Source of the DNA: Hyphomonas sp.
GTDB lineage: Bacteria; Pseudomonadota; Alphaproteobacteria; Caulobacterales; Hyphomonadaceae
Assembly (NCBI RefSeq): GCF_022844445.1
Contig: NZ_JALHLS010000013.1
Coordinates: 17,926 to 81,925, forward strand
Length of the DNA: 64,000 bases
Direction: 5' to 3'
Shown: piece after piece, positions 35,695 to 45,434 of the stretch
Layout of the letters: each line of letters opens with the position of its first letter
Position numbering within the stretch: the stretch's first letter is position 1
Notes under the pieces: generated by a model
Told to the model about the DNA's origin: nothing
What the model saw: only the letters and a program-made list of their open reading frames with translations
The model's database searches: none
Made by a program: the position numbers and the translations under genes

Positions 35695-35739
35695 GCCTTA
35701 GCCCCGCTACATGACAGTTAAGTGACAGACAATTGAAGG
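35695..35739 (-). promoter_or_regulatory. Pho box (PhoB) promoter of the TonB receptor
   Basis: Minus strand: CTGTCAC-ttaa-CTGTCAT (35728-35711), then 10 nt, then TAAGGC (-10). Same geometry as at pstS. Confidence 0.8.
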
Positions 35740-35887
35740 TTCTGCTGCACCGCCCAAACAGGGTGTTGTTTTTTCGTTGCGATGCAAAAATGACACGCCT
35801 GTAAGCAGTGTCTGCCTGTTTAAGCCGCAAACTGAGCTGTATTTGTGCGCGGCCGCCCGCCATAAGGAGCGCGTTCAACCCGAATCG

Positions 35888-37450
35888 ATGATGCGCCCGG
35901 CCATTTCCCTCCCCAGAAGCCCTGAATCCCGGCTGGTGCTGGGCGTGCTGATGCTCCTGCTGCTGTTGCGGACAGGGGCGATTCTCGTGTCGCCCCTTAA
36001 TCTGTATGCGGACGAGGCCCAGTACTGGCGCTGGGCGCAGGAGCTGGCCTGGGGCTATTATTCCAAGCCGCCGATGATCGCCTGGGTGATCCACGGGGCG
36101 ACCGCCATTTTCGGCGATTCAGAAGCCGCCGTGCGGATCGCTGCGCCCTTCCTGCATACTGCCGCCGCAGGCTTCCTCTTCCTCGCCGGGCGGGCAATGT
36201 TTTCAGCAAAGACAGGTGCTTACGCCGCACTCCTCTACGCGCTGATGCCGGCGGTGACGCTGTCGTCCAGCGTGCTGTCGACCGACGGCGTGCTGATGCC
36301 CTTCTGGTGCGCGGCGCTGTGGCTGGCCTGGCGGCTGCGCGGCGGCGCGGGCCTCGTGACTGCTGCCGGGCTCGGCATCGTGATGGGGCTGGGCATCCTT
36401 TCAAAATACGCGATGCTCTACTTCCTGATCGGGCTGGTGCTGACGGCGGTGCTGGATGCGCCGATGCGGCGCGCCCTTCTGTCGAAAGGCGGGGCGCTGG
36501 CCCTGGCGGTGACGGCGCTGATCATCGCGCCGCACTTTGCCTGGAACGCGGCCAATGAATTCCAGACCGTTGGCCACACGGTGGACAATGCGAACCTCGG
36601 CGGGGAACTCTTCAACCCTGAAAATGCGGGAACTTTTTTCGTCGACCAGTTGGGCGTGTTTGGTCCGTTAAGTTTTCTGGCCCTGCTGGCAGGCTTCGCG
36701 GGATGGCGCGAGACGCCGGAGGGCGAAGGCGGGGCGGTGCGGTGGCTGCTGTGTTTCGTCCTGCCGGTGCTGATCTTTATTCTCGGCCAGGCCGTGCTGA
36801 GCCGGGCCCATGCGAACTGGGCGGCAACGGCCTATCCGGGCGCGAGCCTGCTCGTGGCGGCATGGTTTGCCGGCCGAAAGGGCGTGCTGTGGAGCAGCCT
36901 TGGTGTGAACGCGCTGATCGCAGCCATCTTCCTGACGGTGCCGGCGCTGCCCGCTTCGGTGACGCACGACATCGGCATCGACAATGCGCTGAAGCGGACC
37001 CGGGGATGGGATGCCTCCGCGGCGCAGCTGTTTGCCGAGGCAGAACGGCTGGGAGCAACCGCGGTGCTCGTGGACGAGCGCGAGGCCTGGCACGGGCTGG
37101 ACTATTACGGGCAGGACCGGACCGTGCCGCTGATTTCCTGGCGGCGCTATGCGGGCCCGAAAAGCTTTGCAGAGCGCGCAGTGCTGGAAAATGGCAAGGA
37201 TGACAGGGTACTGGTCGCCTCGATTCATCCCCGCCTGCGGCCGATGCTGCGGGATGATTTCGTGACCTTCGAGCCTGCAGGCCAGATCCGGATCGACCTG
37301 GGCCGCCGCAGCAATGGCTGCCCGATCACGCGGGTGTTCCAGCTGTATGTGGCGACAGGCTTCGCGCCGCCAAAGCGGACAGCGAACCGGGCGTCAGTGT
37401 ACGAGGGCCGGGAAGAGTTTCCTGAGCCGCCCTGCCCGGCGAAGGACTAA
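35888..37450 (+). CDS. GT39/ArnT-like (GT-C) glycosyltransferase
   Basis: DEAQYW-x5-LAWGYYSKPPMIAW, STDGVLMPFW, GILSKY, HANWAATAY; many TM segments. Confidence 0.88.
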   Translation: MMRPAISLPRSPESRLVLGVLMLLLLLRTGAILVSPLNLYADEAQYWRWAQELAWGYYSKPPMIAWVIHGATAIFGDSEAAVRIAAPFLHTAAAGFLFLAGRAMFSAKTGAYAALLYALMPAVTLSSSVLSTDGVLMPFWCAALWLAWRLRGGAGLVTAAGLGIVMGLGILSKYAMLYFLIGLVLTAVLDAPMRRALLSKGGALALAVTALIIAPHFAWNAANEFQTVGHTVDNANLGGELFNPENAGTFFVDQLGVFGPLSFLALLAGFAGWRETPEGEGGAVRWLLCFVLPVLIFILGQAVLSRAHANWAATAYPGASLLVAAWFAGRKGVLWSSLGVNALIAAIFLTVPALPASVTHDIGIDNALKRTRGWDASAAQLFAEAERLGATAVLVDEREAWHGLDYYGQDRTVPLISWRRYAGPKSFAERAVLENGKDDRVLVASIHPRLRPMLRDDFVTFEPAGQIRIDLGRRSNGCPITRVFQLYVATGFAPPKRTANRASVYEGREEFPEPPCPAKD

Positions 37451-37461
37451 GCGGCAGCAGC

Positions 37462-38103
37462 TTAGGAACCCTTGGGCGCCTTGCCCCAGAGTTCCTGAAT
37501 GCGGGCGTCGCGGCCACAGGCCTTGCGATAATAGCCGTACTTTACGGCGCTGCGGATGTAGTAATCCTGGTGGTAGTCCTCGGCCGGCCAGAAGGTGGCC
37601 GCCGGAAGGACTTTGGTGACGACGCCCTGGCCCAGGGTTTCGGCGGCGCCATCGAGAGCGGCCTGCGCGACATCGCGTTCAGCCTGCCCCGAGACGAAGA
37701 TGGCCGAACGGTAGCTGTCGCCCTTGTCGCAGAACTGGCCCTTGTCATCGGTAGGGTCGATGTGGCGGACGAAGTGGCTGGCGAGTTCGTCATACGAAAC
37801 CTTGGACGGATCGTAAGTGACTTTCACAGCCTCATAGTGTCCGGTACCGCCTTGCGTGACTTTCCGGTAGCTGGGGTTCTCGAGCGTTCCGCCGGTATAA
37901 CCGGAGACGGTTTCGACAACGCCGTCCACCTTGTCGAAGTCGGCTTCCACGCACCAGAAGCAGCCGCCGGCAAACACCGCCGTGGCCACGCGGGCCGGCG
38001 GATCTACCAGGCGGCGGTCTTCTGCTCCGGCGCTGGAAAAGAAAGCCAGGCCGGAGGCTACGGTCCCTGCAGTGAGGGCGATGACGAGGGCGGGACGCTG
38101 CAT
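37462..38103 (-). CDS. msrA: Peptide methionine sulfoxide reductase with N-terminal signal peptide
   Basis: FAGGCFWC, SGYTGG, GHYEAV, DPTDDKGQFCDKG and FWPAEDYHQDYY. Confidence 0.95.
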   Translation of the reverse strand: MQRPALVIALTAGTVASGLAFFSSAGAEDRRLVDPPARVATAVFAGGCFWCVEADFDKVDGVVETVSGYTGGTLENPSYRKVTQGGTGHYEAVKVTYDPSKVSYDELASHFVRHIDPTDDKGQFCDKGDSYRSAIFVSGQAERDVAQAALDGAAETLGQGVVTKVLPAATFWPAEDYHQDYYIRSAVKYGYYRKACGRDARIQELWGKAPKGS

Positions 38104-38244
38104 GGGAACTCGTAACTCTTCTCGGCGCTTGGCAGACGGGAATACGCTGCTGAGCCGCCAGATAGATGCCGAGTCTGTCTGAAAGAAGACCGAACAGGCA
38201 AATATTGCCTATTTGTCACGCCGTTGTGACCAAAATGCGCACGT

Positions 38245-40341
38245 TTATGCCGGATTTTCAGTCAGTACCCGGACTCTCACGCGCGTTGCGCGGCCTTGAT
38301 CGTCGACGGCGGTCACCTGGTAGAAACCGGGTTGACGGGGCTGCCAGATGGGCGAGCCGGCATCGTCAAGCTCCGTAGGCGTCCCATCGACAAACCAGCT
38401 CAGTGCGCCTTGTCCCCGCCCGGCGAGGACGAAGGGACGGCCTGGCTGACCATTGACGGGGCCGGCCCAGAGTTCAGCGCCTTCAGGCGGAAAGAGAATT
38501 TCCGGCGGGCGGTTCGCGGACAGGTTGCGCTGTGCGCCGCGCGCTTTCTTCAACGGCTCGGTGGTCAGACGGGCGCGGGATTCTCCGTCATCACGCAAGT
38601 GGTGGGACACGCGGTCGGCCATCTCGAAGAGGACGGGCAGCGCGATGTCGCGGCCGGTGACGCCGGTGCGCGGGGCGCCGTCGGCCCGGCCGATCCAGAC
38701 GATGAGCACATGCTCGCCGGACACGGCCGCTGCCCAGGCGTCGCGGAAGCCGTAGGAGGTGCCGGTCTTGAAAGCGACCTGCGGCGCATCACGCGTGAGG
38801 CGGCCCGGCATGCGGCCGGCAGGCGCGGGCGAACCCTGCAGGATACGGATGATTTCGGCGGCGCTTTCCGGGCTCATCAGGCGGCGGCCCGGATCCTCAT
38901 AGCTCGCGCGTTCTTCCTCGACGCGCCAGACGAGCGGCTTGGCCACGCCGCCATCGCCGAGCGCGGCGTAGAGGACGGCGAGTTCGCGCGCGGTGAGACC
39001 AGCGCCGCCAAGCGCAAGGGCGAGGCCGGCGCTGTGACCCGCATCGCCGCTATAGCGCGGACGAGCGCCGGCCATGGCAAGCTGGGCGGAGAAGCGCTCT
39101 GCGCCAACGCGGTCCAGCATGAGCACGGCCGGGATGTTCAGCGAATGCTGAAGCGCGTCGGAGATGCGCACATCGCCGCGAAACATGCGGTCGAAGTTTT
39201 CCGGCCTGTAGCCAGCGAACTGGCGCGGCAGGTCCTCGACGCGCGTGTCGGCCGAGGCGATGCCGTCATCGAAGGCAAGCGCATAGATGAAGGGTTTCAG
39301 GGTGGAGCCGGGCGAGCGAGCGCGGTTGGTGAGGTCGATCCATCCGCCGGCACGCCCGCGCGAGGCAGAGCCGACGAGGGCGCGCACGGCGCGCGTCGGG
39401 ATATGGACCACGAGGGCAGAGAGCTGGACGTCCGTGCCTTCCGCCTCGGCGCGGGTCAGCGCGATACGTTCCAGTTCGGCCTGCAGTCCCGCGTCCAGCG
39501 TCGAGCGGACATCCTCGCGCGGGCCATTGGCGAGGGCGGCGTCGGCGCCGTGCCAGGCCCGGTCCGGGAAGTCGAGACGTCTCGGAGGAACGGGCAACGC
39601 CGCGACTTCCTCGGCTTCGCCTGCCGGGAAGACGCCGTAGCCCGCGAGCTTCAGCGCAACCCAGTCGCGCGCTTTCTTCGCCTGCCCGGGGCGCCGGTCC
39701 GGGCGGCGCACTTCGGGAGACTGAGGCAGCGCGATCAGAAGCGCGATTTCGTCCGAGGACAGACGGTCCGCCTCATGGCCGAAATAACTCCAGCTGGCCG
39801 CGCGCACGCCTTCAAGGTTGCCGCCATAGGGCGTGAGCGTCAGGTAGAGTTCGAGGATCTCGTCCTTGGTGAAGCGGCGTTCCAGCTGGTTGGCGCGCCA
39901 GATTTCCACCAACTTGGAGCCGATATTGCGCGGGCGGGGCTCCAGCATGCGGGCAGTCTGCATGGTGATGGTGGAGCCACCGGAGACGACGCGGCCCGCC
40001 GCGGCGCTGTCGACGGCGGCGCGGACGATGCCGACCCAGTCGGTGCCGTGGTGCGCGCGGAAGCGCTTGTCCTCGACGCGGATGAGCGCCTCGATGAAGG
40101 CGGGGTCTATGTCGTCCAGCCTGACCGCAAAGCGCCAGCGGCCATCCGGAGCGGCGAAGGCCCGGAGCGGCTTTCCGTGCCGGTCAGTGACCAGCACGGA
40201 ATTGATGTGCGCCCGGCTGAGCGGCGGCGGGAACAGGAGGTCAAGCGCGAGGACCGACGCCACGAGGACGACGAGCCCGGCGAGGAGACGCTTCGGCCAG
40301 GTGATGCCTTTCAGCCTGGCCCTTAACGCGGCCCCGTACAC
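38245..40341 (-). CDS. pbpC: Penicillin-binding protein 1C
   Basis: EDKRF-x2-HHG, SGGSTITMQ, PYGGNLEG, SPGSTLKPF, SLN, KTGTSYGFRDAW and a C-terminal PBP1c domain. Confidence 0.95.
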   Translation of the reverse strand: MYGAALRARLKGITWPKRLLAGLVVLVASVLALDLLFPPPLSRAHINSVLVTDRHGKPLRAFAAPDGRWRFAVRLDDIDPAFIEALIRVEDKRFRAHHGTDWVGIVRAAVDSAAAGRVVSGGSTITMQTARMLEPRPRNIGSKLVEIWRANQLERRFTKDEILELYLTLTPYGGNLEGVRAASWSYFGHEADRLSSDEIALLIALPQSPEVRRPDRRPGQAKKARDWVALKLAGYGVFPAGEAEEVAALPVPPRRLDFPDRAWHGADAALANGPREDVRSTLDAGLQAELERIALTRAEAEGTDVQLSALVVHIPTRAVRALVGSASRGRAGGWIDLTNRARSPGSTLKPFIYALAFDDGIASADTRVEDLPRQFAGYRPENFDRMFRGDVRISDALQHSLNIPAVLMLDRVGAERFSAQLAMAGARPRYSGDAGHSAGLALALGGAGLTARELAVLYAALGDGGVAKPLVWRVEEERASYEDPGRRLMSPESAAEIIRILQGSPAPAGRMPGRLTRDAPQVAFKTGTSYGFRDAWAAAVSGEHVLIVWIGRADGAPRTGVTGRDIALPVLFEMADRVSHHLRDDGESRARLTTEPLKKARGAQRNLSANRPPEILFPPEGAELWAGPVNGQPGRPFVLAGRGQGALSWFVDGTPTELDDAGSPIWQPRQPGFYQVTAVDDQGRATRVRVRVLTENPA

Positions 40342-40353
40342 GTTGCCTTCTCC

Positions 40354-43300
40354 CTACTTGCCGCCGGCTGCGCCCTGGGCGGCGAGGATCGTCACGCGGC
40401 CCGGCGCCGAGCGTCCGAAGACTTCCGGACGGTACATGTCCTCGGCCACGACACCCGGCATCGCAAACGATCCCGGCGTGACGGCGCGCACGACATAGGC
40501 AAGCGTGACGGGCTGATCAAAGACGTTGATGGCCGCGACGTAGCGATCATCCTGCGCCTGCGAGGACTGGGCCTGCGCGATTTCACCGAGGAAATCGAAG
40601 GCCCCTGCCCGCACACGGTCCTGTCCGGTCGACCAGTCATACTCGACGACGCGGGCATCGGCCGGACGCAGCACGGTCTCGATCTCGAAGCCGGCCGGCA
40701 ACAGGTCTGCCACGATCACGGGGTTGAGGCGGCGCTCCTCCGTGTTGACCGTGAGGGCGACGACGAACTTGTCGCCCTGGCGGACCTGGTCGAGTTTCAC
40801 CGGCGAGCCCTGCAGCGTGTAGAACTGCTTGGACGCGGTGAGCTTCGACGACACGGCCGGCGGCGGCGCGGAGGGTGCACCGGTGACGAGCACGGTGCGG
40901 AAGACCGGCGCCTTGGTGTTCAGCTTGAAGCTGACGCCGTTGGCGGCCTGCGCTTCGGTCAGCATGTACTGGCGCTGATTGTCATTGCCGTTGCCGAGAC
41001 CGGTGACGCCGACCTGCATGGCTGCCTGGCCCTTTGTGAGGGCGTTGACGGCCTGCAGCATGTAGGACTTCTCCTGCGTGGTCAGGCTGGAGGCATCCGG
41101 CACGTCCTTGCCAAGCTTGGTGGCAAGGCGCTCGACGACTTGCGGAAGCTCGGCTTCCGCGGCGAGGGCGAGCATGGCGGCAAGGTCGCGCAGCGGCGTC
41201 TGATAATAGTCGCCGTCATTGCGATAGCCGAGCTTGCTTTCTGCTGACTTGAAGGCCGAGGCGGCACGCGCCCGGTCGCCGAGATAGGCAAGGCCTGCCC
41301 CGATATGCGCGCGGGCGAGCGGACTGGCGATGTTCTCCAGTTCGCGGTCATGCAGGTAGCGCAGGCGGGAGATGTCCGCCTGTCCTGCCTTGGCCAGCAC
41401 ATAGAGTGCGTAGGCCGAAGAGCGGTACATCATCTGTTGCTGGGTATCAGTGGAATACTGTCCCTCATAGACTTCCGTGTCGTAGCCATAGACCCGCCAG
41501 GCATCGCCCGAGGTGATGGTACGCAGCGCACCATAGGCCCGCGTGAGTGCCTCGTCGGGCACCGAATAGCCGGCCTGCTTTGCGCGGTAGATGAAGTCGG
41601 TCGCGTAGGCGCCGAGCCAGGGCGTGGCATAGCCATCGCCTTCACGCCACAGGCCGAAGGCACCATCCGCACCCTGACGGTTGAGGACAGTGTTGACGGC
41701 GACCTGCACCTTGTCACGCGCATTCTCGCGCGCGCCCTTGGCGCCCATCGCCACCAGCTCTTCGGAATAGAGGAGCGGGACGGCACGGCTGGTAATCTGC
41801 TCGGTGCAGCCATACGGGTAGCGGTCGAGCGAAGCATACAGCGTCGCAGGGTCGAGCGGGATCGGTGAGAAGCCAACGGCCACGTCGGCCGAGCCCGGCA
41901 CATAGCCTTTCAACAGGTCTCGGCTGACCGAGAAAGTCTCTCCCGGCCGCATCAGCTGCGACGTAGAGCGGGCTTCCGGCAGATAGGGTGAGCGGGTCTG
42001 GATCTCGTAGCTACGGACCACGGAGTATTTTTCCGGCCCGGTAACTTCAAGACGCAGTGGCGAGATGCCTTCACCTTTCGCCGCGATACGCACCGGCAGG
42101 TCCACACGCTGGCTTTTGGCAAGCGTGCGGGCAAGCTGGGTTTGAGGCACGCTCACCTGCTGGCCGCCCGTGACCTTGGCGATGAACTGGCCGGCGGCGA
42201 GTTCGACGTTGTCCACAGACGCCGTGATGACAGCTTCGTCGCCAGGGGCAAGGAAGCGCGGCATGACGAGATCCGAAGGCGCCCTGTCGCGCACCTTCAT
42301 CTTTTTGTCCGCCTTGCCGAGGCCGGTTTTCGACCAGGCGACCGCCATCAGACGCAGCTCGCCGTTGAACTCCGGCAGGGCGAGCGGGATTTTCGCACGG
42401 CCATTCTTCACTTCGACGAGGCCCGAGAAGATGACGACCGACTTGGTCGGCACGACGGTCAGGCCCTCGCCGCCGAGCTGGTCACCGCCGACGCGCACTT
42501 CGGACGGCAGGCCCATGTTCGGATCGAGCAGGCGGCCATAATCGTCATGCAGTTCGACACCGAGCGCCTTGCGCCCGAAATAGTGGGCCACAGGATCTGG
42601 TGACTTGAACTTCGTCAGTTGAAGGATGCCTTCATCGACAGCAGCGAGCGTCAGGTAGACGGGCTCTTTCGGGCCGCCTTCAATGCGCACGTCGACGGTC
42701 TGATCCGTCTTGGGACGGGCGACATCCGGCGCGGTGAGCGTCACGTTGAACGTGCGGGACGCCATGTCGACCGGGACGTGGGCGACACCCACGGCGCGGC
42801 GCGGCTTGGCATTCAGGAGCGGATCGCGGCCCGAATAGACCGTGACCATGACATAGGCGCCCTCGCCCCACTCGGCCGTAACCGGCAGGGTGATCCGGGT
42901 GCCTTTGGCAAAGACCGGAATGTTCTGGACACTGAGCACCTTGTCGGTGGCGACAACCACCTGAGCCTGGCCGTCATAGGGCGGCACGATCGTCAGCTCG
43001 GCGTTCTGGCCCGCCTTGGGCGACTTCTCAGCCGCAACAACCTTCACGCGGTCCGGCGCTTCGGTGCCGTCTTCGCTGGTCCAGCCGCCCCAGCCGACAT
43101 AGAAGCTGGTACTGGCGCCGGCGCTCGCAGACGCGCCCTGCCCCTCGATCACGAGTTCATGGCTGCCCCACTCGAGGCCGGGCGCCTTGATTTCGCCGAC
43201 ACCACCGGCAGGCGTATTGAGCACGCCTTCGTTGACCTTGGTGACCGTGCGCGAGCGGCGCCAGGTCCACTGTTCGCCGTCGCGGTACCAGTCATAGTGA

Positions 43301-45345
43301 TAGTCGATGGCGAGGACTTTCCAGTTGAGGCGCTGGGCCACGGCCTTGCCGTCGGCATTCACTGCCACGACCTGGAACTTCGCTTCGCCGCCTTCTTCAA
43401 CGCTCGACTCGAAGGACGGCTTGACGCCGACATAGAGCGCTTCGGGGCGGTAAGGGACGCGAATGCTCTCGGCCACGGCGCGGCCGCCGGGCTCCAGCAC
43501 ACTGACAACCGTATTGAGTCGCAGAGGCAGGCCGGAATTCGACCCGGCCGTGCCGGGCGACAGGCGGATCAGCGCCTTGCCCGATCCATCCGTGGTCGTA
43601 TCGTCGAACTCAAGGATCTGCTCCTCGAAAGTCTGGTCGTGGCGGCCATAGATGAAGCCTTCGAAGGCCTTGAAGGGGGCCGGGTCGGCTTCGAGTCGGG
43701 CTTCAGCTTTCACCGTCAAGCCTGCACCCGGCGCGCCATAGAGAAAGCGTGCATCGATCTGGACATCCCGCACGCCGCCGGCTTTCAGCGGACGGGTCTC
43801 GTCGGCCTTGACGTCGACTGCGATGCGTTGGGGCACAAAATCCTCGACCGCGAAGCGCACGTCGCCGGCAGGCGAGTCGATGCCGTCGATCTCGATGCTG
43901 GCACGCCACTCACCACGCGACGCGCCGCGCGGCAGGTCGAAGCGCGACAGCACTGCGCCAGACTTCGGATCGGTAAAGCGGACCTTCGAGGCGATGAGGC
44001 CGTTGGGGCGGTAGATGACGAGGTTGCCATTGCGGCCAGTGACCTGGCGGCCGGCGCGGTCGCGCAGCATGGCGGTCAGTTCAACGCTTTCGCCCGGGCG
44101 ATAGATGCCGCGGTCGGTGTAGACGTAGGCGTCCACCGGGCCGGGTGTCGTGCGCCCGCCGACTTCCTGTTCGGAGAGGTCGACCGGTGCGCGCGCAAGG
44201 TCGAGCGCGGCAAGTTCGCCATTGGCGGCGGTGGCCAGCACAAGGCGCGGCGCCATGTTGCCCTGCCCGTTCATCAGCGGCGCATCAAAGGTGACGCGGC
44301 CCTGATCGTTAGGCTTGGCTTCGGCGAGGACAGCGTTGTTTGCCGCCAGCAGTTGCACCGTCGCGTTGCGGACGATCTTGCCATCCTTCAGCGAGCGCAA
44401 CGTGACATCGAGACCGTTCTCGCCGCGATAGGCGGTGAGCGCGAGATCGGTGAGCAGGATCCAGCGGCCGGACGAGGCCGCGGGGCCTTCGTTGTCGCCA
44501 AGCTCGGCGGCATCCGTGATGCTGACGAAATAGGCGCCCGGTTTCATCGGGCCGACGACATCCTGCAGCGGAAAGACCGAAATCACCGGAGCGTTGGGCG
44601 TGTTGGCGATATCGATGGTGCCGGTGAAAAGTTCCTCGCCGACATCTTCCGGCGAATCCGGACCCCACATCCAGGACCATTCGCCCTGACGGGTGGTGGT
44701 GCCGGCATTGATGTTCTTGAAGACGAGTGCGCGGTCATTGATGCGGCTGACCGTGACGCGGACCTGGTCGACGTTGACGGTTTCGATCGGGAGGCCGTCG
44801 GCATTCTCGCGCGGGAGGATCACGCCGGTACCTTTGAAGCCCACGAAAGGCGGACGGTCGGCAAAGTCGATCGGAACGGTTTCGGCCCGCTTCAGCGTAC
44901 GGCCATCGGCGGCGGGAAGACCGGCGAGGATGGTGGCGGTGCGGGTGGTGCCGAAGGAAAGGCCGCCAACGCAAAGCTCGCGGCCCTCGACGGACAGCGC
45001 GGCGCGGAAGGCCGGGCGGAATTCGACGTAGGGCGAATAATCCGTTTTCGGATCAAGCGGGGCGGAGAAAACGAAGCAGGCGAGTGGTTGCTCGGTGTCG
45101 GTGTCGATACGATAGCGGAAATAGGAGAACTCGGTTTCGGCCGCTTCGCGGGCCCGCTGGCGCGCTTCCTCACGCTTGCGCGCGGCCGCCTCATCAGCGG
45201 GCGAGCGCTCGACAAGGACCGATGCGTCGCTGTCCTGACCCGGATCACGCGCCGTCTGTGAACCGCCACACGCTGCGAGTACGAGCATTGCGGCGGAAAC
45301 GAGCGCACCAAGAGCCCCCCAACGGCCCTGGACCATGACTGACAT
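40354..45345 (-). CDS. yfhM: Bacterial alpha-2-macroglobulin (YfhM-type) lipoprotein
   Basis: LAAC lipobox, YTDRGIYRPGE, FAVEDFVP, TLAAVDEGIL, GELRLMAVA, thioester YPYGCTEQ and DLLPAGFE. GGAGGA RBS before ATG 45345. Confidence 0.93.
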   Translation of the reverse strand: MSVMVQGRWGALGALVSAAMLVLAACGGSQTARDPGQDSDASVLVERSPADEAAARKREEARQRAREAAETEFSYFRYRIDTDTEQPLACFVFSAPLDPKTDYSPYVEFRPAFRAALSVEGRELCVGGLSFGTTRTATILAGLPAADGRTLKRAETVPIDFADRPPFVGFKGTGVILPRENADGLPIETVNVDQVRVTVSRINDRALVFKNINAGTTTRQGEWSWMWGPDSPEDVGEELFTGTIDIANTPNAPVISVFPLQDVVGPMKPGAYFVSITDAAELGDNEGPAASSGRWILLTDLALTAYRGENGLDVTLRSLKDGKIVRNATVQLLAANNAVLAEAKPNDQGRVTFDAPLMNGQGNMAPRLVLATAANGELAALDLARAPVDLSEQEVGGRTTPGPVDAYVYTDRGIYRPGESVELTAMLRDRAGRQVTGRNGNLVIYRPNGLIASKVRFTDPKSGAVLSRFDLPRGASRGEWRASIEIDGIDSPAGDVRFAVEDFVPQRIAVDVKADETRPLKAGGVRDVQIDARFLYGAPGAGLTVKAEARLEADPAPFKAFEGFIYGRHDQTFEEQILEFDDTTTDGSGKALIRLSPGTAGSNSGLPLRLNTVVSVLEPGGRAVAESIRVPYRPEALYVGVKPSFESSVEEGGEAKFQVVAVNADGKAVAQRLNWKVLAIDYHYDWYRDGEQWTWRRSRTVTKVNEGVLNTPAGGVGEIKAPGLEWGSHELVIEGQGASASAGASTSFYVGWGGWTSEDGTEAPDRVKVVAAEKSPKAGQNAELTIVPPYDGQAQVVVATDKVLSVQNIPVFAKGTRITLPVTAEWGEGAYVMVTVYSGRDPLLNAKPRRAVGVAHVPVDMASRTFNVTLTAPDVARPKTDQTVDVRIEGGPKEPVYLTLAAVDEGILQLTKFKSPDPVAHYFGRKALGVELHDDYGRLLDPNMGLPSEVRVGGDQLGGEGLTVVPTKSVVIFSGLVEVKNGRAKIPLALPEFNGELRLMAVAWSKTGLGKADKKMKVRDRAPSDLVMPRFLAPGDEAVITASVDNVELAAGQFIAKVTGGQQVSVPQTQLARTLAKSQRVDLPVRIAAKGEGISPLRLEVTGPEKYSVVRSYEIQTRSPYLPEARSTSQLMRPGETFSVSRDLLKGYVPGSADVAVGFSPIPLDPATLYASLDRYPYGCTEQITSRAVPLLYSEELVAMGAKGARENARDKVQVAVNTVLNRQGADGAFGLWREGDGYATPWLGAYATDFIYRAKQAGYSVPDEALTRAYGALRTITSGDAWRVYGYDTEVYEGQYSTDTQQQMMYRSSAYALYVLAKAGQADISRLRYLHDRELENIASPLARAHIGAGLAYLGDRARAASAFKSAESKLGYRNDGDYYQTPLRDLAAMLALAAEAELPQVVERLATKLGKDVPDASSLTTQEKSYMLQAVNALTKGQAAMQVGVTGLGNGNDNQRQYMLTEAQAANGVSFKLNTKAPVFRTVLVTGAPSAPPPAVSSKLTASKQFYTLQGSPVKLDQVRQGDKFVVALTVNTEERRLNPVIVADLLPAGFEIETVLRPADARVVEYDWSTGQDRVRAGAFDFLGEIAQAQSSQAQDDRYVAAINVFDQPVTLAYVVRAVTPGSFAMPGVVAEDMYRPEVFGRSAPGRVTILAAQGAAGGK

Positions 45346-45434
45346 TGACGAAACTCCTCCCGAGTATTTCTTCAACCCTTACACACGAACCGGGCGGCGC
45401 CATAGGGGCGCGAATCCGGCGGAAGCAAGAATTA

